Below are positions 52,851 to 62,462 of a DNA stretch of 64,000 nucleotides, piece by piece. Below the pieces are notes generated by a model. That model searched no databases. It was not told the DNA's origin and saw only the letters and a list, made by a program, of their open reading frames with translations. Numbering within the stretch: position 1 is the first letter of the stretch; each line of letters starts with the position of its first letter. The stretch lies in assembly GCA_963749915.1 (NCBI GenBank), contig CAVVOP010000008.1, forward strand, positions 448,001 to 512,000. Reading direction: 5' to 3'. The DNA is from an uncultured cyanobacterium. GTDB taxonomy: Bacteria; Cyanobacteriota; Cyanobacteriia; Cyanobacteriales; Cyanobacteriaceae. Both the position numbers and the translations under genes were made by a program.

Positions 52851-53294
52851 TTACTTATTTTCTGTTTCATCCACTAAATAAACAGATTCTACCTGTTGTT
52901 TTGTCTCAGGAGTAGCAATAAATCTACCTTCATCAATTAAATATGTCATAGTTTCTGCTCTCATAGTATTACCTTCTTGAAGAACGTAAACATTACCACT
53001 TAAAACTAAACGTCTTTCTCGGCTAAAATATTGAGCCTGAGTAGAAGTAGCTTGAAGATCTCTTGCAGGGTAGTTAATATAAACATTCCCCCTAGCAGTA
53101 ATTACCCCCGTTTCTGAGTTAGCCTCTTGTATGTCAGATCTTACCGTTAAAGGTTGTTTTGGGATCGCTGATTGTGCTTTTACTTGGTTAAAATTAAAAT
53201 TACTAGAAATAAGCCAAGGGGTTATTAAAGAGATAGCTAGTAATGATGAATAAAAAGTTTTTTTAGTTTTAAGGAACATTTGTAAGGGATTCAT
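52851..53294 (-). CDS. LptA/OstA family protein
   Basis: SDIQEANSETGVITARGNV; signal peptide; upstream of lptB. Confidence 0.85.
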   Translation of the reverse strand: MNPLQMFLKTKKTFYSSLLAISLITPWLISSNFNFNQVKAQSAIPKQPLTVRSDIQEANSETGVITARGNVYINYPARDLQATSTQAQYFSRERRLVLSGNVYVLQEGNTMRAETMTYLIDEGRFIATPETKQQVESVYLVDETENK

Positions 53295-53372
53295 AGCAGT
53301 AAATGGGCAAATCAATGATTAATTCTACTTCTTATTTTAACGGATGGCAGTAATTAGTCTGTTTGACTCTAT

Positions 53373-53620
53373 TAGACCTCTTGCAAAAATAGATTTCTCG
53401 GTTAGGTAATTTTGGATCTCTTGGTCGGCATTCCCTCTCTTGGTGGACGTTCCCTTGCGACTTCCGTCGTCGCGGGCTTCCACCGCTTGCGCCTTTCGGC
53501 GGCGCGGGGTCCGACCGCTTTTGGATTTTGGATTTTGGATTATCCAAGCCTTTCTGACTCCTGACTCCTGACTCCTGACTCCTCTGACGGCCAGATTTTT
53601 TAACTTTTGCAAGAGGTCTA
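53373..53620. mobile_element. Composite MITE (TIR TAGACCTCTTGCAAAA) carrying STRR tracts and a GC-rich structured insert
   Basis: Perfect 16-bp TIRs at 53373-53388 and 53605-53620; (TTTTGGA)x3 at 53519-53539; (CTGACTC)x4 at 53554-53581. Confidence 0.85.
53423..53516 (-). other. 94-bp nested stem-loop element with GNRA-capped modules (structured RNA / small dispersed repeat candidate)
   Basis: Minus strand: GGTCGG/CCGACC, GGTGGA/TCCACC, GCC-GAAA-GGC and GAC-GGAA-GTC. Confidence 0.65.
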
Positions 53621-53702
53621 TTTTCTCGTTAAAGTTGCCTGTTAAGAGTTTGGAGTTTGGGCAAAAAGAAAATTAATTGTTAATTGTTCATCAATTCCTA
53701 AT

Positions 53703-54308
53703 TTAATCTCTAGGGGCAAAACGTTCTAAAATAAAAACATTCCCTTCATTACCTCTACCAATACGCAAATTGGCGTCCAAATAGGTAATTTCTAACCATC
53801 CTTGTTGATTATCTTTATTAAAAATTCCCAAGTTAAAATCTAAGGGTAGAAAAGACCTTCCGCCTTCAATTTCATTCACAAAGTCTTTAGGAGAAACATA
53901 ACCTAATAATCTTTGCAAACCAATAATTGACCGCTCAAACTTAACACTAACTCTTTTCGTGGATACTATTTCAAAATTGGCCGCTACACTCACCAATCCT
54001 TCTAAAAAAGGTAAGCCTTTTATCTCCGCCAGATTATAAATTTTATTTGTCCCCGTGCGAATACATTGATAAATTTCGCCTAACTGTAGCAAAGGAATAT
54101 TATCCAAACCCAAAATACTTTTGCTGGTGGTGTAAAGTAGTCGCCAATCACCGTTTACTAATGCTAAGTTATTGAGGGGATTAAGGTTAGGATTATGATC
54201 CTCGATTTTTTCTACGGCGGTTAAAATTTTTACCTTATCAATTTCCGTCGCCAATAAACCCCGATTTTTACCCTCGATGATTTGTAGTAGTTCTGTTTTT
54301 AAACTCAT
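53703..54308 (-). CDS. PAP/fibrillin family protein
   Basis: NRGLLATE, GDWRLLYTTS, GWLEITYLD..LRIGRGNEGNVF. Confidence 0.92.
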   Translation of the reverse strand: MSLKTELLQIIEGKNRGLLATEIDKVKILTAVEKIEDHNPNLNPLNNLALVNGDWRLLYTTSKSILGLDNIPLLQLGEIYQCIRTGTNKIYNLAEIKGLPFLEGLVSVAANFEIVSTKRVSVKFERSIIGLQRLLGYVSPKDFVNEIEGGRSFLPLDFNLGIFNKDNQQGWLEITYLDANLRIGRGNEGNVFILERFAPRD

Positions 54309-54380
54309 AATTGATTATTTACAATACTTTGAATAAATGCTATGATGTTTTGTTGCTCAAATTTAACTATTAATTAGTTT

Positions 54381-54641
54381 ATGAAAAATCCTGCCTTGCG
54401 TAAAGAGAAACGTTATGAACCTGCTCCTGTGATACCTTTAAAACAGGATGGTTCTCTCTTAGATTGGTTAGACGCAAATAATCGAATCATCTATCGAGAA
54501 GAAAAAGAAGAAACAGCGGAAAAAGTGGTCGGTTTAGGAGTACCTGAAGATGAGGAAATTTCAGATCTCATCGAGGGTGAAGAGGAAGAATTTGAAGTTG
54601 ATTTGGATGAGGTCGATTCTGACGACGATGATCTCCTGTAA
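54381..54641 (+). CDS. DUF3134-like small acidic protein
   Basis: NPALRKEKRYEPAPVIPLKQ..SLLDWL. Confidence 0.8.
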   Translation: MKNPALRKEKRYEPAPVIPLKQDGSLLDWLDANNRIIYREEKEETAEKVVGLGVPEDEEISDLIEGEEEEFEVDLDEVDSDDDDLL

Positions 54642-54660
54642 TACCCCTATGTCCTTATAT

Positions 54661-54741
54661 TAGACATCGACCACATTTAAGAAAAAGGGGGTTAAAATGC
54701 TTGTTCTACCGTACCAAAATTATAATTTATGAAGAGGTCTA
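54661..54741. mobile_element. Degenerate copy of the 81-bp TAGACATC MITE
   Basis: Same length and gapless alignment with 46506-46586. Confidence 0.75.
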
Positions 54742-54847
54742 TTGGGGCATTCTCAGTTTAACAGATAATCTAAGGGAGTTTTTTAAGGGGGAAATTTATC
54801 AGGTTGTTTTCAGGAAACAAATTTATTAGAAAGTCGATTATATTAAA

Positions 54848-55849
54848 ATGACAATTTTTATGAGTAACGAGAAAATAAGAGTCGGGGTTTTAGGTTTTGG
54901 TGGTTTAGGGCAAGCGGCGGCAAGAATACTATGCCCAAAATCAGAAATGCACTTAGTCGCCGTAGCAGATCAAAAAGGTTATGCTTACAACCCAGAAGGC
55001 TTAGATGCCGATACCCTAATCCCAGTGTATCATCAACAAGGTTCTAGCGGATATTTACTAGAATACGGGGTTTTGAGCAATAATAGCATTGAGGATTTGA
55101 TTTCTCATGCTGAGGTTGATGGCTATTTTTTAGCCTTGCCTAACTTACCCAATACCTTTATGGCAGATGTCGCCCGTCAATTTATTTCTGCGGGTTGGCA
55201 TGGGGTTTTAGTAGATGCTTTAAAACGTACTAGTGCGGTAGAACAACTATTACAGCTACAAGAAGACTTAAGCCAAGCAGGTATTACTTATCTAACAGGT
55301 TGTGGTGCAACCCCCGGATTATTAACCGCTGCTGCTTCTATTGCTGCCCAAAGTTTTGCCGAAATTCACCAAGTAAAAATTACTTTCGGAGTAGGCATTG
55401 CTAATTGGGATGCTTATCGTGCCACCATTCGGGAGGATATTGCCCATTTACCCGGATTTGATGTAGATAAAGCCAAAGCCATGACTGACGAGGAAGTGGA
55501 GACATTTTTGGATAAAACCAATGGTATTCTTACCCTCGAAAATATGGAACACGCAGACGATATTATGTTAGAGTCGGCAGGAATTTGCCATCGCTCACAA
55601 GTGTCAGTGGGTGGTATCGTGGATACCCGTAACCCGAAAAAGCCTATTAGTACAAATGTACGAGTAACAGGGCGCACTTTTGAAGGTAAAATTTCCACCC
55701 ATACCTTTACTTTAGGGGATGAAACTAGTATGGCGGCTAATGTTTGTGGCCCAGCTTTTGGTTATCTCAAAGCAGGAATCAAACTTCATCGACAAAATCT
55801 TAACGGCTTATTCACGGCGGCGGAAGTTATGCCTTTATTTGTGAGATAA
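54848..55849 (+). CDS. bioU: Biotin-pathway suicide enzyme BioU (saccharopine dehydrogenase-like)
   Basis: [45 protein letters not shown]. Confidence 0.82.
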   Translation: MTIFMSNEKIRVGVLGFGGLGQAAARILCPKSEMHLVAVADQKGYAYNPEGLDADTLIPVYHQQGSSGYLLEYGVLSNNSIEDLISHAEVDGYFLALPNLPNTFMADVARQFISAGWHGVLVDALKRTSAVEQLLQLQEDLSQAGITYLTGCGATPGLLTAAASIAAQSFAEIHQVKITFGVGIANWDAYRATIREDIAHLPGFDVDKAKAMTDEEVETFLDKTNGILTLENMEHADDIMLESAGICHRSQVSVGGIVDTRNPKKPISTNVRVTGRTFEGKISTHTFTLGDETSMAANVCGPAFGYLKAGIKLHRQNLNGLFTAAEVMPLFVR

Positions 55850-55923
55850 CTCCCGACTATTATGATTAAAGTATTCATTTTTCATTGATTATCTGCTCCA
55901 TTAAAATTTATCAACTACTATTC

Positions 55924-56367
55924 ATGGCTAATCTTCTTCATAAAAAAATCGGTGTTGCGGTGATTATTAACGAGAAACAAGAGATTTTAATTGATAAACG
56001 ATTACCGAAAGGTTTAATGGCGAATTTATGGGAATTTCCGGGGGGGAAAATAGAAGCAGGGGAAACCCCCCAAGACTGTATCCAAAGAGAAATTAAAGAA
56101 GAATTAGAGGTTGATATTATTGTTGGTGACCATTTAATAGATATTACTCATACTTATAGCGAATTTATGGTGACGTTATCTGTTTATCTCTGTCAGATTA
56201 TCATGGGGGAACCCCAACCTTTAGAATGTGCCGAAATTCGTTGGGTAACACTATCTCAATTGCATAATTTTGAGTTTCCTTCTGCCAATAAAGCTATAAT
56301 TTCCGCCCTAGAAAATTATGAGATAACAATAGACAATTTTAAAGTAAGAAAATTCATAACTGCCTAG
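55924..56367 (+). CDS. mutT: 8-oxo-dGTP diphosphatase (Nudix)
   Basis: WEFPGGKIEAGET..CIQREIKEEL Nudix box; FPSAN. Confidence 0.9.
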   Translation: MANLLHKKIGVAVIINEKQEILIDKRLPKGLMANLWEFPGGKIEAGETPQDCIQREIKEELEVDIIVGDHLIDITHTYSEFMVTLSVYLCQIIMGEPQPLECAEIRWVTLSQLHNFEFPSANKAIISALENYEITIDNFKVRKFITA

Positions 56368-56425
56368 TGGTCTGTCAAGATAGTTTTGAGGGACTGGGAA
56401 CGGATAATTTTGGATTTTGGATTTT
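56365..56425. repeat. Half copy of the TAGTGGTCTGTCAA MITE overlapping the mutT stop codon
   Basis: 54 bp identical (reverse complement) to 36509-36562. Confidence 0.85.
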
Positions 56426-56604
56426 TTCAAAATAACCTTCCAATTTGAATCAAACTAATTATCAAGAAATACTCACAATATTAATTACTTATTTAAGTTT
56501 TTATATCTATAATGTAAATATATAGTTCGAAGTTAAAAAATTCTCTGAAAACGATTGTACTGTAAAACTTATTTTTCCCCGAATACTTAGAGTAGGAGGA
56601 GACT

Positions 56605-56829
56605 ATGGATGTCTATATTACTCGTGAAGGAACTAAATTAACCGCAGAATTCCCCCAGGAATTAATGGAAAGGCTCTCTCAAGTTGAACCTGTTTGTGAT
56701 TTTTTGTTTAAACAGTTCAAAGAAAAATCGAATTCTCAAAAAAAACCTCAGAAGATTAACTGCGAAAGCTTTATCGCGGAACTGATTCAAAACGATTACT
56801 TATCGGTAATAGATCCTGTTGACGGTTAA
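56605..56829 (+). CDS. Small hypothetical protein
   Basis: Strong GGAGGA RBS; 74 aa; first gene of the MFS-acs run. Confidence 0.6.
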   Translation: MDVYITREGTKLTAEFPQELMERLSQVEPVCDFLFKQFKEKSNSQKKPQKINCESFIAELIQNDYLSVIDPVDG

Positions 56830-56951
56830 TTTCAAAAAAGTTAATAACAATAACTTTAAATATAGCGGTGGGGCGATTAGTAGCAACGGGAGCAACACAT
56901 CACCATTTTCAGACTGCGATCGCTTCCCATCAGTCAAAATGGAGGTACAAA

Positions 56952-58217
56952 ATGAATAACCAGAAAAATTGGCAACTGTTTGGATTACCAGCAGAAAAAG
57001 GAAGATGGTTGTATGTACTGTTAGGATTGCTAGTTCTTTTGTGTCTAGGTACGGTGTATTCCTGGAGTATTTTTCGAAAACCCCTCGAATCTTTATTCGA
57101 CATCAGTGCCACCCAAAGCCTATTACCCTTTACCATTTTATTGCTAGTGTTTGCGATTTTAATGCCCATCACTGGCTTTTTTATTAATAAATTAGGCTTA
57201 CGTTTGATTACAGTAATTGGGGGCATAGTTATGGGTATGGGCTATATCCTTTCGAGCTTTGCCTCTAATATCACGACTTTGGTGATAACTTATGGTGTAA
57301 TTGCTGGAGCTGGAGTCGGTATAGTCTATGGTGTACCCCTGGCAGTGACAGCTAAGTGGTTTCCCGATAAAAAAGGATTAGCAGTGGGTTTAACGGTGAT
57401 CGGTTTTGGTTTATCCCCTTTTATTACTGCACCTTTAGCCAAAACCTTAATTGGTAGTTATGGTGTTTTATTTACTTTCGCCATTTTGGGGTGCCTTTTC
57501 ACCGCGATTATACTTGCCGTTGCCACTACCCTAAAACTACCCCCGCAAGAATGGAAACCCGTTACCTATAATCCACCCCTTACCTCAGCAGGAGAGAGAG
57601 CGAAAGAAACGGCATTGTTAAAATCCCCTTCTTTCTACTCCCTTTGGGTATGTTATGCCATTGGTACTTTTGTGGGATTGTCGGCGATAGGTATTTCTAG
57701 TCCTGTAGCAGAAGAAATTATTAAATTAGATGCCACGACTGCCGCTCTAACTGTTTCTCTATTTGCGATCTTCAATGGTGTTGGCAGACCCTTATTTGGC
57801 TGGTTAACGGATAAAATTCAACCCAAAGGAGCAGCGATCGCTTCATATATCTTAATCTTAATCGGCTCCATTATCATGATCTCTGCTAGTGAAGGGCAAA
57901 TAATATCCTATGTTGTCGCTTTTTCCTTTTTCTGGTTGGCTTTAGGAGGTTGGTTAGCCATCGCACCCACGGCTACTTTAACTTTTTTCCATCCAGATAA
58001 CTATGGGAAAAATTACGGTATTGTTTTTACCGCTTATGGAGTTGGTGCTTTATTAGGCACTTTAGTGGCTGGGCAATTAAGAGATTTATTTGGTAGTTAC
58101 ATCTTAGCTTTTTATCCCATGGCTGGCTTAGCCATCGCCGGAATTGTTATTGCTGAATTGACTCTGCACTACCATCATCCGCGTCAAATTCAGTTGAAAC
58201 AAGACTTACGCTGTTGA
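56952..58217 (+). CDS. MFS transporter, OFA (oxalate:formate antiporter / monocarboxylate) family
   Basis: CLGTVYSWSIF, KWFPDKKGLAVG, FNGVGRPLFGWLTD, YGKNYG; GGAGG RBS before ATG 56952. Confidence 0.9.
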   Translation: MNNQKNWQLFGLPAEKGRWLYVLLGLLVLLCLGTVYSWSIFRKPLESLFDISATQSLLPFTILLLVFAILMPITGFFINKLGLRLITVIGGIVMGMGYILSSFASNITTLVITYGVIAGAGVGIVYGVPLAVTAKWFPDKKGLAVGLTVIGFGLSPFITAPLAKTLIGSYGVLFTFAILGCLFTAIILAVATTLKLPPQEWKPVTYNPPLTSAGERAKETALLKSPSFYSLWVCYAIGTFVGLSAIGISSPVAEEIIKLDATTAALTVSLFAIFNGVGRPLFGWLTDKIQPKGAAIASYILILIGSIIMISASEGQIISYVVAFSFFWLALGGWLAIAPTATLTFFHPDNYGKNYGIVFTAYGVGALLGTLVAGQLRDLFGSYILAFYPMAGLAIAGIVIAELTLHYHHPRQIQLKQDLRC

Positions 58218-58277
58218 AGCAGAATCAATCTTCAACCCAAAAACAAATTTTAAATTTTAATAAAAGGAGATAAGACC

Positions 58278-60242
58278 ATGACTCAAACTGTAATTGAATC
58301 AACTCTTAAAGAAGAACGTTTATTCCCTCCACCCTCTGAATTTGCTCAAAAAGCTCACATCAAAAGTTTTGCCGATTATCAAAAACTTTATGATTATGCC
58401 AAAAACGAACCCGAAAGATTTTGGGCACAGTTAGCAGAAACAGAATTACATTGGTTTCGCAAATGGGATCAGGTACTAGATTGGCAACCACCTTTTGCTA
58501 AATGGTTTGTGGGCGGAAAACTCAATGTTTCTTATAATTGCTTAGATCGTCATCTCGAAAGCGAAAAACGAGACAAAACCGCTTTAATTTGGGAAGGTGA
58601 ACCCGGAGATGTACGCACCTTTACTTATGCTCAATTGCATGAGGAAGTCTGTCGCATGGCGAATGTACTGAAAAAATTAGGGGTTGAAAAGGGCGATCGC
58701 GTCGGTATTTATTTACCGATGATTCCTGAAGCGGCCATCGCCATGTTAGCTTGTGCCAGAATTGGGGCTCCTCATACCCTTGTTTTTGCTGGTTTTAGTG
58801 CCGAAGCCTTGAAAGGCAGATTGTTAGATGCCCAAGCCAAATTAGTAATTACTGCTGATGGTGGTTGGCGTAAAGATGCCATTGTTCCTCTCAAAGAGCA
58901 AGTAGACCAAGCTTTGGAAAATAATCGCGTTCCCAGTGTTAAAAATGTTTTAGTAGTTAAACGCACTGCACAAGGGATCGCCATGAAACCAGAGCGAGAT
59001 CACTGGTGGCACGAATTAAAAGCAGACGCTTCCACTGATTACCCGGCTGAAGAAATGGATAGTGAAGATGTACTTTTTATCCTCTATACCTCTGGTACAA
59101 CTGGTAAACCCAAAGGGGTAGTTCACACCACTGGTGGTTATAATCTTTACACCCATATCACCACTAAATGGGTTTTTGATCTCCGTGATGATGATATCTA
59201 CTGGTGCAGTGCAGATGTAGGTTGGATTACTGGTCATAGCTATATTGTTTATGGTCCTTTGTCCAATGGTGCTACCATCGTCATGTATGAAGGAGTCCCT
59301 CGCCAGTCCAATCCAGGTTGTTTTTGGGATGTGATCGAAAAATATGGTGTCACTATCTTCTATACTGCTCCCACTGCCATCAGAATGTTTATGAAAATGG
59401 GAGAAGAATTACCCAAAGCCCGTAATTTATCATCCTTGCGTCTGTTGGGTACCGTAGGCGAACCCATAAACCCCGAAGCATGGATGTGGTATCACAAAGT
59501 AATTGGTGGGGAACGTTGTCCCATTGTAGATACCTGGTGGCAAACGGAAACAGGTGGCATCATGTTAACCCCTTTACCAGGTGCCACAACCACAAAACCT
59601 GGTGCGACAACTTTTCCCTTCCCTGGAATTATTGCTGATGTAGTTGATTTAGAAGGTCATCCCGTTGCTGAAGGTCAAGGCGGTTACTTAATTATTAAAC
59701 ATCCTTGGCCGAGTATGATCCGTAATGTTTATGGGGATCCCGATCGCTTCCGTCGTACCTATTGGGAACATATTCCGCCCAAAGATGGTAATTATGTTTA
59801 TTTTACTGGTGATGGAGCCAGAAAAGATCAAGATGAATATTTTTGGGTAATGGGCCGTGTGGATGATGTAATTAATATTGCTGGCCATCGACTGGGTACC
59901 ATGGAAATTGAATCTGCTCTTGTCTCTCATACTTCTGTGGCGGAAGCCGCAGTTGTTGGGCGACCAAGTCAAGTTAAAGGAGAAGAAATCGTTGCTTTCG
60001 TTACTATCGAAAACAATTATGTTGCTTGCGAGGGACTCGAACAGGAACTAAAAAAACACGTTGTGGCTAAAATAGGTGCGATCGCCCGTCCAGCACAAAT
60101 TCGTTTTACTGAGGGCCTGCCCAAAACCCGCTCAGGTAAAATTATGCGTCGTTTACTTCGTTCCCTAGCTTCGGGAGAAGAAGTTAGTGGAGATACCTCC
60201 ACTTTAGAAGATCGTGGCGTTTTAGAAAAATTACGTGGTTAA
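58278..60242 (+). CDS. acs: Acetate--CoA ligase (acetyl-CoA synthetase)
   Basis: [32 protein letters not shown]. Confidence 0.96.
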   Translation: MTQTVIESTLKEERLFPPPSEFAQKAHIKSFADYQKLYDYAKNEPERFWAQLAETELHWFRKWDQVLDWQPPFAKWFVGGKLNVSYNCLDRHLESEKRDKTALIWEGEPGDVRTFTYAQLHEEVCRMANVLKKLGVEKGDRVGIYLPMIPEAAIAMLACARIGAPHTLVFAGFSAEALKGRLLDAQAKLVITADGGWRKDAIVPLKEQVDQALENNRVPSVKNVLVVKRTAQGIAMKPERDHWWHELKADASTDYPAEEMDSEDVLFILYTSGTTGKPKGVVHTTGGYNLYTHITTKWVFDLRDDDIYWCSADVGWITGHSYIVYGPLSNGATIVMYEGVPRQSNPGCFWDVIEKYGVTIFYTAPTAIRMFMKMGEELPKARNLSSLRLLGTVGEPINPEAWMWYHKVIGGERCPIVDTWWQTETGGIMLTPLPGATTTKPGATTFPFPGIIADVVDLEGHPVAEGQGGYLIIKHPWPSMIRNVYGDPDRFRRTYWEHIPPKDGNYVYFTGDGARKDQDEYFWVMGRVDDVINIAGHRLGTMEIESALVSHTSVAEAAVVGRPSQVKGEEIVAFVTIENNYVACEGLEQELKKHVVAKIGAIARPAQIRFTEGLPKTRSGKIMRRLLRSLASGEEVSGDTSTLEDRGVLEKLRG

Positions 60243-60272
60243 GCTCACAAGTACAGGTAGACTCTGTGCTCC

Positions 60273-60420
60273 CTAGCCTGGATTGTTCACCAAAGGCTAA
60301 AACCCTTATTATGAAATAACTTCAAAAAAAAACAGTCTGTTTTTTGAAGCGGTTGCGAGGATGTTTGTGGGACACTGCCTTTGGAGATTTTCTTTGATCT
60401 TCATGAATAATCCAGGCTAG
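60273..60420. mobile_element. 148-bp MITE with CTAGCCTGGATT(G/A)TTCA terminal inverted repeats
   Basis: 16/17-bp TIR match seen directly. Confidence 0.8.
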
Positions 60421-60455
60421 CCATTTTAGCAAAGTAAATAAGAACTAATTCGGAG

Positions 60456-61174
60456 ATAATCGGTTTTTTTTTGTCTAAATCCACTAACACTGCGGCGTAA
60501 TTCTTTCCTCCTTTTAACTGAGTTATTTCATCAATTCCTAATCTTTTTAAATCCTTTGGTTTTTCTTCTAATAAATCCTCTGATTTTTCTTTTAATAAGG
60601 TTTCTATTTCTCTGGGATTCATTCCATTTCTTTTGGCAGTTTTTAAAATATCACTTTCTAGCACTTCCTTAACTACTTTCTCTGCCAATCTAGTTGTATA
60701 AGTCCTTCTTTTTTTGACAAAATTTAACTCTTCACTAAAAATTTTCTGGCAATGAATACATCGAAATTGACGGCGGTTAATATTTAAAAACACATCATAA
60801 CCACTCAAAAGTATATCTCTAATTCGATAATAATGATCTTGGTGTATTTTATTAGTAATAGTATGACAATAAGGGCAAGTTGACTCTGATGTTTGATTCG
60901 ATAATGTAATTAAAATTTCGTTGTCAGTAATAAAATGGTAATCAGTAGCTTTGACTCCCTCAAAATTAATAAGTTTAGTGATAAGATGAAGAGAGGAATT
61001 AGAAGGCATAAGATAAAAATTATTGTTTTATTTAAAAATTTGATTAATTTTCCTAATAGTTTAAAAGCGAGGTAGCATGTATTTATCAGAACTGATCGCT
61101 TCACTTGTGTAAAATTTTACCATTTTGTGACTTTGTTTTTGTACTTAATTTGTCATACTCACTGTAGAAGAGCC
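60456..61174 (-). mobile_element. Truncated ISL3-family element (left end plus 5' part of transposase; ORF 60401-61009)
   Basis: GGCTCTT terminus at 61174; CPYC...RRQFRCxxC zinc ribbon; LGIDEI..KG; homology ends at DLDKKKPI. Confidence 0.85.
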
Positions 61175-61351
61175 ATAAATTTTTTCTTGGGGATTAGGAA
61201 TTCGAGATTAGGTCAAGGGGAAAATCTCCCATTTAAATCCCGTTTAAGTTGAAAACCGTAGTTTTTACGATCTAGATTAAAGTCTGTTTTTAATTCATAT
61301 ATTGATCGTCTAAAACAGCGATCGGAATATGAACATTTTTGAGAACAAGCA

Positions 61352-61580
61352 TTTGATAGTCATGAAACGGTGAAAAATTTGATGACCAAAGCAAAAACTC
61401 GTTCAGGATTAAAAGTATTTTGCCATATAACTGATAAAGTCTATGAAACAGGAAAAAAAGTGGCTCAAGACTTCAAAGAAAATATGAGTATCATTTTTGA
61501 TCAAGATCTCCCTCAATGGAATTATGTAGCCACACCAAAATCTTCATAAGTTTACTAAATAATTAAATCCTCATTGCTAA
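61352..61580 (+). mobile_element. ISAzo13-family transposase C-terminal remnant plus right end
   Basis: 61352-61549 reads FDSHETVKNLMTKAKTRSGLKV...DKVYETGKKVA..FKENM..FDQDLPQWNY; not in ORF track. Confidence 0.8.
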
Positions 61581-61634
61581 TTGTTCTTCGGGAATTTTGT
61601 CTATTTCTGATTGAATAAGTTGTTTAAGTGTCAT
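61563..61634 (-). pseudogene. N-terminal fragment of a small antitoxin-like (DUF2281-like) protein cut by the IS end
   Basis: MTLKQLIQSEIDKIPEEQL, then runs into IS-derived sequence. Confidence 0.45.
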
Positions 61635-61713
61635 GGTTTTAAGCAATAAGTAATCTTAATACAAGCCCTCATCTTCGGGGGCATATCCCTTAAAAAATGT
61701 CTTATGAGAGCGT

Positions 61714-62171
61714 CTGGACTTTGGACAAAAAGGAATCAGTTAGCGTAATTCCTACAATAACTAAAAAGGAAAAACAAGAGGGATTGTCATCAGCCGTCCA
61801 ATAGCTGAAAATACTGTTAAATTAACCTTTAGCTAGGCCGTTTTTTTCTTACTTGCCGTTTTTTTCACGGTGGGATAACGTAATCTTGAGGGTAACTTTG
61901 TACCTTTTTCCCGCCCCGATGAATAACCTCGGACTTTGGGTGAAGGTGAAGAAGTGCCAAAAGTACGAATTATCCTTTTATAGTCTCTTTGCACTATACA
62001 TGGTCCAAAAAACATAAACATATTGGCTACATCATTACGCTCATATTGATAGTCATACCTTTTATCCGCCAACATTTGAAGTGTCCATTTTGCCTTTCCC
62101 ATGGGTGTTTCACTACAAGCGATTGAAATCAGAAAAGATCGTAAATTATTGGAGATGTCTATTTTAGTCAC
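61714..62171 (-). mobile_element. Chimeric transposase debris (IS630 fragments fused to an IS4/IS701-like C-terminus and end)
   Basis: IACSETPMGKAKWTLQMLAD and RYDYQYERN..ANMFMFF (IS630); GTSSPSPKVRG.S.GR..G...RYPTVKK; CTGGACTTTGGAC end at ~61714. Confidence 0.7.
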
Positions 62172-62462
62172 TGGTGCTGGTTTTTTTTTGATGATCTATG
62201 AGCTACATTGCCACTGGGTAGGTGCGACCTCAATATAATAGGATTGCTATAGATAATCGGTTTTAGATAAATGTGCCAAAATCCGCCATCTCTAAGTGTG
62301 TCACAACGTTACTTTGATTATTTCTTGATCATTCATTTGTTTCAGTTGTTTTGCTGGGACTTCTTTTTTTACGAGTTCATTGCTGGCTCTAAATGTACCT
62401 CTGACGCCAGAAAGTAAAAATTTTTTATTTGATATACTGTTAAGTTTAGTGTGAGTGTTAAT

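Noticed and set aside
53332..53612. ORFs 53332-53547 and 53337-53612
   Set aside because: Translations of MITE/STRR sequence (QNPKSK, VRSQESGV), not credible genes.
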